From assembly GCA_029856145.1 (NCBI GenBank), contig JAHQWK010000008.1, positions 64,001-128,000 of the forward strand: a stretch of 64,000 nucleotides of DNA, written 5' to 3'. Positions 37,534-48,320 of the stretch are shown here, piece by piece. Source of the stretch: Promethearchaeia archaeon. Lineage in GTDB: Archaea; Asgardarchaeota; Lokiarchaeia; Sigyniarchaeales; SOKP01. The stretch's first letter is position 1. The number at the start of each line of letters is the position of its first letter. Position numbers and translations under genes: made by a program. A model generated the notes under the pieces. That model saw nothing but the letters and a program-made list of their open reading frames with translations. It made no database searches and was not told where the DNA came from.

Positions 37534-40385
37534 CCGAGTTTTTCTATTTTATTTTTTAGTTCAAATAATTGTTCTTTTATTTTTTCTGGAATATCTGATT
37601 TTAAATCAATTTTATTAATGAAATTGAGTAAATCTGTAATTTTTTCTTTATTTCTAATAGGTTCAAATAAACTTGTCTGAACATACTTTTTCTTTTTAGG
37701 AATTTTAACGTTTTTAGTCTCAATATCCATTTCTAATACTTTAATTTCTCTCTTTCTTTTTCCAAGATCTTTTTCTGTTCTACTTAGATCTTCACTACAT
37801 TCGCTCAGTAGTTCTTTAACATTTTTTAACTCAGAGTTTAATTTTTCAAGCTCAACCTTTTTTCCATTAATAATTTTATCATGATACTTACTTAATGATG
37901 CTACTTCACCATTTTCTCTCACAGTTGTTCTAAAAGGGTCTTTTTCTTCTATTTGTTCAAGAATTTCAAATGCTCTTATTATCACATCATCAGGAATCCC
38001 TGCTAATTTCGCCACATGGATACCATAGGATTTATCTGTACTCCCTTGTTTTAATGTTCTGACAAAATTGATACTCCCATCCTCATTTTCAATAATATCT
38101 AAATGATAATTTTTAACGCCTGGTAGATTAATCTCTGTTAATTGATGATAGTGGGTGCTGAATAAAGTTTTGACTTTTAATTCATGCAATTTTTCAAGAG
38201 TAGCCATTGCAATACTCTGTCCATCACTAGTACTAGTCCCCCTCCCTAATTCGTCTATGATTATAAGACTTTTTGGTGTAGCATAATTTAGAATTTTAGC
38301 TGTTTCAGTCATTTCAATCATAAAAGTACTCAATTTTCTAGCAAGATCATCTGAAGCTCCTATTCGAGTGAAGATTTGATCAATTATTCCAATTGTGGCA
38401 GATTTAGCTGGAACAAAACATCCCATTTGCGCGATAATACATATTAATGCTACTTGTCTAAGATATGTGCTTTTACCTGCCATATTTGGACCAGTAATAA
38501 TTAATAATTGGTCGTTTTCATTATCTAAGTAACAATCATTAGGTATAAATTGTTCATCTATATTTATTTGCTCAACTACGGGATGTCTACCTGCTTTAAT
38601 TAGAATTTTATTATCCTTATTTATCTTAGGTCTACAATAATTATATCGTTCTGCAATTTCAGCAAAACATGCAAGAACATCAATGATTGCGATATTTTGT
38701 GCAGTTTCAAGGACATTTTTAGTTTCTTTTTCAACATTTTCTCGAATAGTATTGAAAATTTCATATTCTAAATCATTGATTTTTTCTTCTGCATTAACAA
38801 TTTTTTCTTCAAGTTCTTTTAATCTTTCAGTTGTATATCTTTTAGCATTTTTTAGGGTTGCTCTCTCAACATATTCTTCAGGGACATTTCGGATAATCTT
38901 AAGCGTTCTTAATGTAATTTCGATATAATAACCAAGGATATTATTAAATCCAACTTTTAATCCTGTTGTTAAGTTCCACTTATTTTTTTGCTCTTGTTCA
39001 TATGCAAGTACATATTTTTTACCGTTATGAATTATATCTCGAAGTTCATCAACATCATTGTTAAACCCATCCTTAATAATATTACCTTCCCTAATAGTAG
39101 TTGGGGGATTATCTTTAATTGATATATTTATTAAGTCTTTTATTTCACTGAAAGTTTTAATATTTTCAATAAAATTTGAAATTTCTGGAATATCTGCCTT
39201 TTCTAATAATTCTTTGATTATTGGAACTTTTTCTAAAGAGTTTTTAATATTTATTAAATCTCGAGCATTTGTGCGACCTGTATAATTAATCCTATTAATA
39301 AACCTTTCGAGATCACCTATTATTCCTAACTCTTCCCTTAAATCAGATCTTAAAAAGATATCGTCCTTAAACTTTTGAATTATATTTAGTCTCTGATTTA
39401 TTTCTTCAATATCAGTTAGAGGTTGGAGAATAAACTTCTTTAATAAACGAGCACCCATAGGTGTTCGCGTATGGTTAAAAATAGAATACAAGGTAGCATC
39501 TTTTCCTCTTTCCCATAAAGAATTAATTAGCTCTAAATTCCTTTGTGTAATATAGTCCAAGTGGAGTATGTTATTTTCTTGGATGACTTTTATTTTAAAA
39601 ATGTTTGGAATTACATCTCGTTGGGTGTCTTTTAAAAATGCTAAAAGCCCTCCAGCTGCTTGAACTGCCATTTTTTTATCTTCTAATCCATAACTTTTTA
39701 AATTTGAAATTTTAAAATGACGAGAAATTAATGTGTGAGCCTCCTCATATAAAAAGACATGTTCTTCATAGGATTTAATGATAGCTTTTGTTAAATCCGC
39801 TAATATGATAAAAAGTCTCTCATCTTTTTTCAGTTCAGGTGGAATAATTAATTCTACAGGATCATATTGAGAAAATAAACTTAGTAATTTTTCCTGTGGA
39901 TCTTGCTCTTTGTTTGAAAATTCAGTTGCTACAAAGTCTCCTGTAGATATATCTGCGAAAGCAACACCGAATCCACTTCTCTCTTTTACCATAGAGGCAA
40001 TATAATTATTCTCATTGGATTTTAACAAGTTTGGTTCTATAATTGTTCCTGGAGAAAGTATCCGAGTAACTCCTCGTTTGACAATTCTTCCCTTTACTGT
40101 TGCTGGATCTTCTAATTGATCAACTATAACTACAGTTTGATTAAGATTCATAAGATTATTGAAGTAATTATGACCAGCGTGATGTGGAATTCCCGCTAAA
40201 GGGACATCTCCCCTTTTTGTTAATGTTATACCTAAAAGTTTTGAAATTCTTTCAGCGTCATTAAAAAAGAATTCATAAAAGTCACCCATACGGTATGAAA
40301 TGAGGAAATCTGAAGGAAACCTTTTACGAATTGAGTACCAATGTTTTAACATAGGAGTTAGTTTCTTTACGTTTATTTCCTCCAT
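37530..40385 (-). CDS. mutS: DNA mismatch repair protein MutS1
   Basis: TPM, RMGDFYEFF, ITGPNMAGKSTY, DELGRGTS. Confidence 0.97.
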   Translation of the reverse strand: MEEINVKKLTPMLKHWYSIRKRFPSDFLISYRMGDFYEFFFNDAERISKLLGITLTKRGDVPLAGIPHHAGHNYFNNLMNLNQTVVIVDQLEDPATVKGRIVKRGVTRILSPGTIIEPNLLKSNENNYIASMVKERSGFGVAFADISTGDFVATEFSNKEQDPQEKLLSLFSQYDPVELIIPPELKKDERLFIILADLTKAIIKSYEEHVFLYEEAHTLISRHFKISNLKSYGLEDKKMAVQAAGGLLAFLKDTQRDVIPNIFKIKVIQENNILHLDYITQRNLELINSLWERGKDATLYSIFNHTRTPMGARLLKKFILQPLTDIEEINQRLNIIQKFKDDIFLRSDLREELGIIGDLERFINRINYTGRTNARDLINIKNSLEKVPIIKELLEKADIPEISNFIENIKTFSEIKDLINISIKDNPPTTIREGNIIKDGFNNDVDELRDIIHNGKKYVLAYEQEQKNKWNLTTGLKVGFNNILGYYIEITLRTLKIIRNVPEEYVERATLKNAKRYTTERLKELEEKIVNAEEKINDLEYEIFNTIRENVEKETKNVLETAQNIAIIDVLACFAEIAERYNYCRPKINKDNKILIKAGRHPVVEQINIDEQFIPNDCYLDNENDQLLIITGPNMAGKSTYLRQVALICIIAQMGCFVPAKSATIGIIDQIFTRIGASDDLARKLSTFMIEMTETAKILNYATPKSLIIIDELGRGTSTSDGQSIAMATLEKLHELKVKTLFSTHYHQLTEINLPGVKNYHLDIIENEDGSINFVRTLKQGSTDKSYGIHVAKLAGIPDDVIIRAFEILEQIEEKDPFRTTVRENGEVASLSKYHDKIINGKKVELEKLNSELKNVKELLSECSEDLSRTEKDLGKRKREIKVLEMDIETKNVKIPKKKKYVQTSLFEPIRNKEKITDLLNFINKIDLKSDIPEKIKEQLFELKNKIEKLG

Positions 40386-40661
40386 AATTCACTCATTTGA
40401 AAGTTAAGTAAGAATAATAATCAATATAATCTATTATAACAGTAAATTTATATTAACTGCATTTGTTAAAATTTTAATAACAATTATAATGAAGATATTT
40501 AGATTTTTTATTATTTTTAAGAGGCCTCCAAAATACTAAGAAATCTAAAAAAAAATACTTTAGATTATTAAGACTATAAGGATAAAAATGATAGTATATA
40601 ATTTAATTAAATTCAATAAATAACGATGAACTTTTGCAATATTTATAACTTTATAAATATA

Positions 40662-41507
40662 TTATAAATGCTTCTCAAGCCATACATACATATCTTGGTA
40701 TACTTGGGCTCTACCTTTTTCATTCCATAATTCATGGAGAAAGCCATCATATTCTCGGAATAACTTATCTTTACTTCTGATTTGTTCGAAAAATTGTTTT
40801 GCCTTTTCTTTATCAACAATTTTATCATCACCAGCTTGCATAAGGAATATTGGACATAGTAGTTTTGATGCATTTTCCATTGCCCATTTTGAAAAATCAT
40901 CAATGTCAATAGCTGATTTTGCAGACATTACTTCTATTTTTTGTTTATCAGCAATATATTGTCTTAGTATTTTTAAATCGCTTGTTAATTGATTTTGATC
41001 AATGATATAGTCCAATATCTTATTAGGTGATAATTTACTAATAGTTTTTGATATAGATTTTATAACTTTTTTACCCATTGATAATTTTAAGAACATTCCT
41101 AATAATGGTGATGAGACCAGTACTCCTGGTAATTTAGGATGGTTTATAGCAAAAATTAAACTAATTAAACCACCAAAAGAATGACCCATTATAAATATTT
41201 TTTTATCTTGTGCAATTTTTTGGATGAAATCCATAAAAAGAAGAGTGTCCTTTAGGATATGATCTATACTATCTATATGTCCAGGCATATCCCCCGCATT
41301 TCTCCAATGCCCCCTTAAATCAAATGCATAAATAGCATATCCGTTTTCTGTAAGATTCTCCGCAACATTTTTTAATCTATCAGAATGAGTTCCCCATCCA
41401 TGAATTCCTATAATATATGCCTTAATTTTTCCGGAATCAGGTAACCAACATTGATAGAATAATTTTTTCAATTCTCTTCCTTCATAATACCCCGTCTCAT
41501 TTTTCAT
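40662..41507 (-). CDS. Lysophospholipase/monoglyceride-lipase-like alpha/beta hydrolase
   Basis: DLRGHW, GHSFGG, catalytic His in FLHEL. Confidence 0.88.
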   Translation of the reverse strand: MKNETGYYEGRELKKLFYQCWLPDSGKIKAYIIGIHGWGTHSDRLKNVAENLTENGYAIYAFDLRGHWRNAGDMPGHIDSIDHILKDTLLFMDFIQKIAQDKKIFIMGHSFGGLISLIFAINHPKLPGVLVSSPLLGMFLKLSMGKKVIKSISKTISKLSPNKILDYIIDQNQLTSDLKILRQYIADKQKIEVMSAKSAIDIDDFSKWAMENASKLLCPIFLMQAGDDKIVDKEKAKQFFEQIRSKDKLFREYDGFLHELWNEKGRAQVYQDMYVWLEKHL

Positions 41508-41715
41508 AATATCATCACATAGACTTTAGAATAGCTAATTATTGAGTTAATGATAAATTATAATCTCTTTTTCTTATAAATATTATTTCTTTTAATGAAT
41601 TGATAATTTAATTAACAATTTTTTTTATACTCCTTCAAGAAATTTAAAAAAATTTTATATTATTCGGTAAACTTCATAATAAATAATATTTATCCAATTT
41701 TCTTAGGTTTTAAAA

Positions 41716-42303
41716 ATGAGTGAAACAGAAAATATCGAAATCATTATCCATGGCAGGGGAGGTCAAGGTGCGGTAACCGCTTGTGAGATTATTGCAGAAG
41801 CCGCCTATTTAAGTGGAAATTTTGTTGATGTACATGCATATCCTTCATTTGGAGCGGAAAGACGAGGTGCTCCCGTTCAAGCATATACTAAACTGTCTCG
41901 AACAGATACTATATGGGATAGAGCACAAATAGAAAGTCCAAATGTCTTAATAATATTTGATGAAACTGTTTTAAATCAAGAAATTGCTTCTTCTCTCAGA
42001 CATGGTGGAATTTTTATTATTAATTCTGAAAAAGATCCAGAATTTTTTGTTAGTAAATTTAATTTAAGCGGGGATATAAAAATTGTTGTAGCAGATATAA
42101 GTCAACTAGCGATAGAGAAAGATCTAACTATTGATGGAAACCCAGTAATTAACACTCCCATTCTCGGTTTACTTTCAAAAGCATTACCCGATCTACATTT
42201 AGATAATTTAAAGTCTGTTGTTCTTAAACGAATGGGAGAAAAATTGGGTAAAATTAATTATGAATTAATCGAACAAGGATATAATTTAGCAAAAATTAAA
42301 TGA
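41716..42303 (+). CDS. porG: 2-oxoacid:ferredoxin oxidoreductase gamma subunit
   Basis: HGRGGQGAVT, FGAERRGAPV. Confidence 0.9.
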   Translation: MSETENIEIIIHGRGGQGAVTACEIIAEAAYLSGNFVDVHAYPSFGAERRGAPVQAYTKLSRTDTIWDRAQIESPNVLIIFDETVLNQEIASSLRHGGIFIINSEKDPEFFVSKFNLSGDIKIVVADISQLAIEKDLTIDGNPVINTPILGLLSKALPDLHLDNLKSVVLKRMGEKLGKINYELIEQGYNLAKIK

Positions 42304-42323
42304 TCTCGCTATTTAGAGTGTAA

Positions 42324-44603
42324 TTAATTCAGTGGTAATTTTACAATAAAAGTGCTACCCTTACTTCTACCTTCTGATTCTGCTCTAATAGTACCTTCAT
42401 GTAGATCTATTATTTCTTTAGAAATATATAATCCCAATCCAGTTCCTTGGATATCAATATATTCTAATCCGTCCCCATATCTTTCTATCTTACCAAATCG
42501 AGTAAATAGTTTGTCCATCTCTTCTTTAGTTAGACCAATTCCGGTGTCGCTTATTGATAATTCTACACAATTATCTTTTTGTAATGATTTTATTGTGATT
42601 TTTCCAGTAGGAGGTGTATTTTTTATTGCATTAGATAAGAGATTTACTATCACTTGTTCAATTCTTATCCTATCAATTTCTAAAAATAAATCATCCATAA
42701 GGTCAAGTTCTAAATTTAATTTTCGCATATTTATGAGATACATCAGTTCTCTTGTACAATCTCTTATTACTTGGCTGAAGTCAGTTGAATCTTTTTCTAA
42801 TTTAAATTTCTTATATTCTATTCTTGTAATATCAACCAAATTATCAACTAAGTATTTCAATCGTTTACCCCCCTTTTCAATCATTACAATTAGTTCTTTT
42901 GTTTCGTCTTTAAATTCTTCTATAAAAGAGTCTAAAAGAAGTTCAGCAGCCCCGCAAACAGAGACCAAAGGTGTTTTTAATTCATGTGAAACTCGAGAAA
43001 TTAAATCCTTTCTAATTTGATCTAATTCTTTTAATTTTATGATTTCTTCTTCAATAAGAAGGTCAGCCTGTTTTTGTTCAGTAATATCATTTATAACGGC
43101 TTGGATCAAAGCCTCATTACCTAATTTTACTAATGTTGTTTGATATCTTATCCAAATCAGACTACCATCTTTCCTATATAATTCTGTCTCTAATGGAGGT
43201 AAAATTTCACCTTTTAAAACTTTTTGAAATCTTTTGAGCATTAAAGGTACATATTTCGGATGAATTGCTGGAAGATTTTTGAATTCAATTCCAATTAATT
43301 CATCTTGACTATATCCAAGTAATCTTTCAATTGACGGATTACAATAATCGATTTTTCCTTGTTGATCAATTAAAGCAATTGAAAATGGCACAGATTCAAT
43401 CAGATTGCGATATCTTTCTTCAGATTCCTTTAATTTTCGTTCTAATTCGAATCTCTCAGTAATATCTGATATTAAACCCTGAATTATTTGGGACTTATCC
43501 TTGGGTCCTTCTATAATATGAGAATTTAATTGTACTACTATTTTTTCACCATTTTTCTTTTTTGCATAAACTAAATAATTCTTAACAAAACCTTTTTCTT
43601 CCAATTCTTTTAGATATATTCTCCGATCCGCAGGTTTTTGCCAAAAATCATGCACATCTCTATTTTCTAGATTTTCAGACGGATTATACCCTAATATCTC
43701 ACAAAATCTAGGATTATGATTCAGCAGCAAACCATCCCAGTTTAGTTGATAAAATCCCAAATCTAAATGATTGATCATATTACGATATTTTTCCTCAGAT
43801 TCCTTTAACCTTTTTTCTGTTAAAACCCGAACTGTAATATCGCGAACTACACCTTGAATCATTTGTTTTCCCCCTACGTCAACCAAACTCGATGAAACTT
43901 CAGCAAGGAAAATTTTACCATTTTTCTTTTTAAAACTTATTTCAAATCTTATATCTCCTTTTTGGGAAAGCTCTTCAAAAGCTTTCTTAGATGATTCCAG
44001 TTCGGTTGTTGGATGAAGTTCGGAAATTTTTAAATTTATTATTTCTGATCTTGTATATCCAAATTGTTCTAAAACTCTTTGATTAACATCTATGATTTGA
44101 CCTTCTAAATCATGAAGGAAAATCGCATCATTTGAATGTTGGAAGAGATTACTATATTTTTCTTCAGATTCTCTTAATTCTTGGGTTCTTAGATCCAAAA
44201 ATTCTTCTAATTCTTGTTTGAAACGTTCTTCCTCTTTTTTTCTCTTAGTTACGTCGCGAAATATCCCGTAAAAACCAATTTTATTGTCTTTAGAATCGTA
44301 TTTCAAATATACAGAGGTTTCACCGATAATCTTTTCTCCATTTTTATTTTTAAATTGATACTCAAAATCAGTCAATGGTTTACCTGTTTTATAAACAGTA
44401 TTAAAACCCTCAAATATATATTTTCTATTTTCTTCGTTAGTAATGTGTTTATAGTTTAATCCCAATAATTCTTCTTTTGAATATCCAGTAAGTTTACATA
44501 AAGATTCATTAAAATAGGTAAATATGCCATTTAAGTCAACTTCAAAATAACATTCTTTAATGCTCTCTATTATCTGTAAAAATTTATCTTTTGAAAATTC
44601 CAA
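42324..44603 (-). CDS. Cytoplasmic multi-PAS sensor histidine kinase
   Basis: 4 PAS domains, SHELKTPL H-box, NLLSNAIK, DTGIG, GTGLGL. Confidence 0.95.
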   Translation of the reverse strand: MEFSKDKFLQIIESIKECYFEVDLNGIFTYFNESLCKLTGYSKEELLGLNYKHITNEENRKYIFEGFNTVYKTGKPLTDFEYQFKNKNGEKIIGETSVYLKYDSKDNKIGFYGIFRDVTKRKKEEERFKQELEEFLDLRTQELRESEEKYSNLFQHSNDAIFLHDLEGQIIDVNQRVLEQFGYTRSEIINLKISELHPTTELESSKKAFEELSQKGDIRFEISFKKKNGKIFLAEVSSSLVDVGGKQMIQGVVRDITVRVLTEKRLKESEEKYRNMINHLDLGFYQLNWDGLLLNHNPRFCEILGYNPSENLENRDVHDFWQKPADRRIYLKELEEKGFVKNYLVYAKKKNGEKIVVQLNSHIIEGPKDKSQIIQGLISDITERFELERKLKESEERYRNLIESVPFSIALIDQQGKIDYCNPSIERLLGYSQDELIGIEFKNLPAIHPKYVPLMLKRFQKVLKGEILPPLETELYRKDGSLIWIRYQTTLVKLGNEALIQAVINDITEQKQADLLIEEEIIKLKELDQIRKDLISRVSHELKTPLVSVCGAAELLLDSFIEEFKDETKELIVMIEKGGKRLKYLVDNLVDITRIEYKKFKLEKDSTDFSQVIRDCTRELMYLINMRKLNLELDLMDDLFLEIDRIRIEQVIVNLLSNAIKNTPPTGKITIKSLQKDNCVELSISDTGIGLTKEEMDKLFTRFGKIERYGDGLEYIDIQGTGLGLYISKEIIDLHEGTIRAESEGRSKGSTFIVKLPLN

Positions 44604-44915
44604 TTTTTTCCTTAACCTGCTATTTGATTAATTGTTCTTAAAAAACTGCATAACTTTAGAAGATATGCAAAAATTCTCAAACTTTGTAACTTTTTACTAT
44701 AGGTCTAATGAAATATTAAGTATTTATTTTTTGTTTAAAAGCAAGTATTATTTTATTTTTAATACTCCTTAATTACCTTGATAATAATAATGCAATTCTT
44801 AACAAACTAAGTGAAATTTGACTCAATCTTTTATTTTTATAAATGGTAAGAATTAAAAACTTATATACGTTTGATTCCATACAGAATCTGATTTATAACT
44901 ATTTTTGATGTATAG

Positions 44916-45215
44916 ATGACTGACTCAAAAAAAGATTATCAAAAAATATTAGGTTCAGTTCAAAAACCCGTAATTGGCGAAGCAGGTAAAACTGGAACTT
45001 GGAGTCCAAAAAAGCCAATTATTGATTTAGATAAATGTATTCCAGTTAAATCTGGAAAACCTAGTTGTTTTAATTGCTGGCTTTATTGTCCCGAGGCTGT
45101 AGTGACGAGAACAATTCCTCCTAAGATCGATTTAGTATATTGTAAAGGATGTGGAATTTGTATGGAAGAATGCCCAGTCAAAGCTATTACAATGGAGGAG
45201 GTGAAATCTGAGTGA
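44916..45215 (+). CDS. porD: 2-oxoacid:ferredoxin oxidoreductase delta subunit
   Basis: KTGTW, CFNCWLYCP, YCKGCGICMEECP. Confidence 0.92.
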   Translation: MTDSKKDYQKILGSVQKPVIGEAGKTGTWSPKKPIIDLDKCIPVKSGKPSCFNCWLYCPEAVVTRTIPPKIDLVYCKGCGICMEECPVKAITMEEVKSE

Positions 45216-46504
45216 CTGTAATTGAATCAAAGAAAACTAAAATTGATGAAAACATAATGATTTTAACTGGAAATCATGCAGCCGCACATGCTTTTCGGCA
45301 AGTGAAAGTAGGCGTTGTGTCAGCGTATCCAATTACACCACAAAGTCCTGTGGTTGAAAAAATTGCTGAATTTATTTCAGAAGGAAAATTAAAAGCCAGA
45401 TTCGTTAAAGTTGAATCTGAACATTCGGCATTAGCCGTGTGTTGTGCCGCGTCTGCAACCGGATCGAGGGTTGGCACTGCAACATCTGCTCACGGTTTAG
45501 AATATATGTATGAAATGTTACCATGGGCAGCAGGAAATAGGTTACCTATTATAATTAATCTCGCAACAAGATCGCTTGGGGCTCCTTGGTCAGTTTGGAC
45601 GGATCACTCCGATTTCATTACAATAAGAGATGTTGGCTGGATTCAGTTTATGTGTGAAAATAACCAGGAAATTTATGATACTAATCTTCAAGCATTTAAG
45701 ATTGCAGAAGATCCGCGTGTTTTTCTACCTGCAATAGTTGCTTATGATGGATATATACTAAGTCATACAATGATGCCAGTCAAATTAGAAAATCAAGAAA
45801 GAATTGACCAATTTTTACCATCTCTTAAGCACCATATTAATTTATCTGACATTTCACAAGTAAAAGGTATCGATCCAGTAACTACACCTCACATTGTTAA
45901 GCGAGCAGAAGGAACTGCTCCCGGTTATTATGAATATAGATATTCCCTTCAAAGATCTTTAGAAAATTCAATTGATATAGTTAAAGAGGTTCATGATGAG
46001 TTTGCCACCAAATTTGGGAGATCTTATGGGAACGGTATATATAAAAAAGTTCAAACTGAGGATGCTGATACAATTATCTATGCTATGGGATCAGTTGCCT
46101 CACAAGCTAGAGTTGCAATTAAAAAGCTAAGAGCAGAAGGTTTAAAGATTGGAATATTAAGCCTTAAACTATTTAGACCTTATCCATACGAAGAAATGAA
46201 GGAATTTTTCAAAGATAAAAAAAATATTATAGTTTTTGACAGAGATATTGGATATGGATACGAAGGTGTTCTATCTTATGAATTAAAAGCTGCGCTTTAT
46301 GGATTAAAAAATAGACCAAACCTCAAGGGCTTTATTGTTGGGTTAGGTGGTAGAGATGTAAAAACAGAACATATCATTACCGGTGTTCATAAAGCTTTAG
46401 ATGAATTTAAAAAAGGAATATCTACTAATAAAACCGATTTTTTAGGTTTAAGATTAGAGGAATTGAAAGATTATGATGAATCAACATACTTTAAAAGTGA
46501 GTGA
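45212..46504 (+). CDS. porA: 2-oxoacid:ferredoxin oxidoreductase alpha subunit
   Basis: AYPITPQ, ESEHSA, GLGGRD. Confidence 0.93.
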   Translation: MTVIESKKTKIDENIMILTGNHAAAHAFRQVKVGVVSAYPITPQSPVVEKIAEFISEGKLKARFVKVESEHSALAVCCAASATGSRVGTATSAHGLEYMYEMLPWAAGNRLPIIINLATRSLGAPWSVWTDHSDFITIRDVGWIQFMCENNQEIYDTNLQAFKIAEDPRVFLPAIVAYDGYILSHTMMPVKLENQERIDQFLPSLKHHINLSDISQVKGIDPVTTPHIVKRAEGTAPGYYEYRYSLQRSLENSIDIVKEVHDEFATKFGRSYGNGIYKKVQTEDADTIIYAMGSVASQARVAIKKLRAEGLKIGILSLKLFRPYPYEEMKEFFKDKKNIIVFDRDIGYGYEGVLSYELKAALYGLKNRPNLKGFIVGLGGRDVKTEHIITGVHKALDEFKKGISTNKTDFLGLRLEELKDYDESTYFKSE

Positions 46505-47409
46505 AAAAAATGGTAAATGTGATGGATCTTCCTGAAGAGGAATTTATTTATCCAGGCACTCGTGCTTGTGCGGGATGTGGAATGGCGTTGATCTATAGAA
46601 TTGCTCTTAAAGCTTTGGGGGCTAAAACAATAGCAACGGTACCAGCATCATGTTTAACAGTACTACATGGAATGCAAGGATTCTGCTCAACAAAAATATC
46701 TGTTTATCATACACCTTTCGCAACAACTGGAGCTTCTGCATCTGGAATCTTAGCTTCATTAGAGGATAAAGGTTTAGCAGATGAAATTACTGTTCTTGCT
46801 TTTGCAGGAGATGGTGGAACAACAGATATAGGGATACAAGCTCTAAGTGGTGCCGTAGAAAGAGGAACTAACTTTATCTATGCATGTTATGATAATGAAG
46901 CATATATGAATACAGGAGTTCAGCGAAGTGGTTCAACCCCACTAGGCGTTCGAACGACTACTACTCCAGAGGGAAAGAAAGTTAATAAGAAAAATATGCC
47001 TAAGATATTAGAAGCACATGATATTCCATATGTCACTACTGCTAATGCTGCTTACCCTCTTGACTTATTTGAAAAATTCAAAAGAGCGAAAACTATAATC
47101 GGACCAAAATATTTCCATATATTATCACCTTGTCCTCCGGGATGGGGATATGAACCAAAAGATACAATTTTAATTGGTAGATTAGCAAACGAAACAGGAT
47201 TCTGGCCTCTTTATGAGGTTATTGACGGTAAATTTGAAGTATCAAGACCAAGTAAAAGATATTTAGACTCATCTAAAAGAAAACCAATTACAGAGTATCT
47301 GAAAATTCAAAAAAGATTTAAATCCATTGATAATGCAACAACAAAGATTTATGAAGAGTATATTGCCAATATGTGGAAAGAAATAAAAACTAGACTCGAA
47401 AATCAGTAA
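46501..47409 (+). CDS. porB: 2-oxoacid:ferredoxin oxidoreductase beta subunit
   Basis: ACAGCG, GDGG..DIG TPP motif, YDNEAYMNTG, PCPPGW. Confidence 0.93.
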   Translation: MKKMVNVMDLPEEEFIYPGTRACAGCGMALIYRIALKALGAKTIATVPASCLTVLHGMQGFCSTKISVYHTPFATTGASASGILASLEDKGLADEITVLAFAGDGGTTDIGIQALSGAVERGTNFIYACYDNEAYMNTGVQRSGSTPLGVRTTTTPEGKKVNKKNMPKILEAHDIPYVTTANAAYPLDLFEKFKRAKTIIGPKYFHILSPCPPGWGYEPKDTILIGRLANETGFWPLYEVIDGKFEVSRPSKRYLDSSKRKPITEYLKIQKRFKSIDNATTKIYEEYIANMWKEIKTRLENQ

Positions 47410-47523
47410 AGATTTAAATATTAAAGTATTGGTTGAAAATTGTTTATTTTTTTAGTTTTTATTAGTTTATCCTAAAGTTATAGTAAAAAATAAAAGCTAA
47501 ATTTAGTTAAGTTAAGTAGATAT

Positions 47524-48309
47524 TTGATGCTAAGAACATTCATATTTGATGAGTCTAAATCTCATTGGATCGACGAAGAACATCGTTTACTATCCCAAGA
47601 CATCTGTGCAATTTTAGATGAGGAAAATGATGTTATATATCTTTGGAATGGGCCAAAAAGCAAAAAAGCAAAATTTAGGAAAGGATTTAAACAATTAAAT
47701 CAATTAGTCTCCAGCTTTCCAGATTTAAATATCCAGTTTGTTATGACAAAGAAGAATTTTCCAATTCAGATTCAAAACAAAATTGATTCATTATTAGAAT
47801 CCATGAAATTAGGCAAGGGGAAAGTTTTAAAATTTAGTAGATTTACAACTATACGGATTTTCAGCATTTCCATAATGATTTCAGTGATTTTACCAATTTT
47901 TTCGTTTTTAAATTTAAGCACATCATTGTTTTGGCCAATGTTTAATGGGAATTATCAAGTGAATGACATAAACTATGCTGCTTGGATTAATAATTCAAAA
48001 ATATTCACTTTAATTACGCTAATATTTTTCTTTATCAATATTTTGATTGGGATAATTGAACATGAAAACCAAGTTATAATATTTTCAACAAACAGTATGA
48101 TTATTTCAATAGGATTGATTATGTACTTAAACCAAGGGATTTTTTTATTTTTATTTCAAGAAGGCTCAACACCAACTACTTATCTCATATTATCGAAAGA
48201 TATTCTCATCTTTTTGCTGTTGAATTCAATGGCTTTACTGATTTTTGAAATACCAAATATATATAAATTAATATCTTTTTTCAAAACATATCGAAAATTC
48301 ATTTTTTAG
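47524..48309 (+). CDS. Gelsolin-like domain fused to a 4-TM membrane domain
   Basis: LLSQDICAILDEENDVIYLWNGPKS matches the gelsolin L.S.D..ILD....IY.W.G..S pattern. Confidence 0.55.
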   Translation: MMLRTFIFDESKSHWIDEEHRLLSQDICAILDEENDVIYLWNGPKSKKAKFRKGFKQLNQLVSSFPDLNIQFVMTKKNFPIQIQNKIDSLLESMKLGKGKVLKFSRFTTIRIFSISIMISVILPIFSFLNLSTSLFWPMFNGNYQVNDINYAAWINNSKIFTLITLIFFFINILIGIIEHENQVIIFSTNSMIISIGLIMYLNQGIFLFLFQEGSTPTTYLILSKDILIFLLLNSMALLIFEIPNIYKLISFFKTYRKFIF

Positions 48310-48320
48310 CTGAAAAAAGT

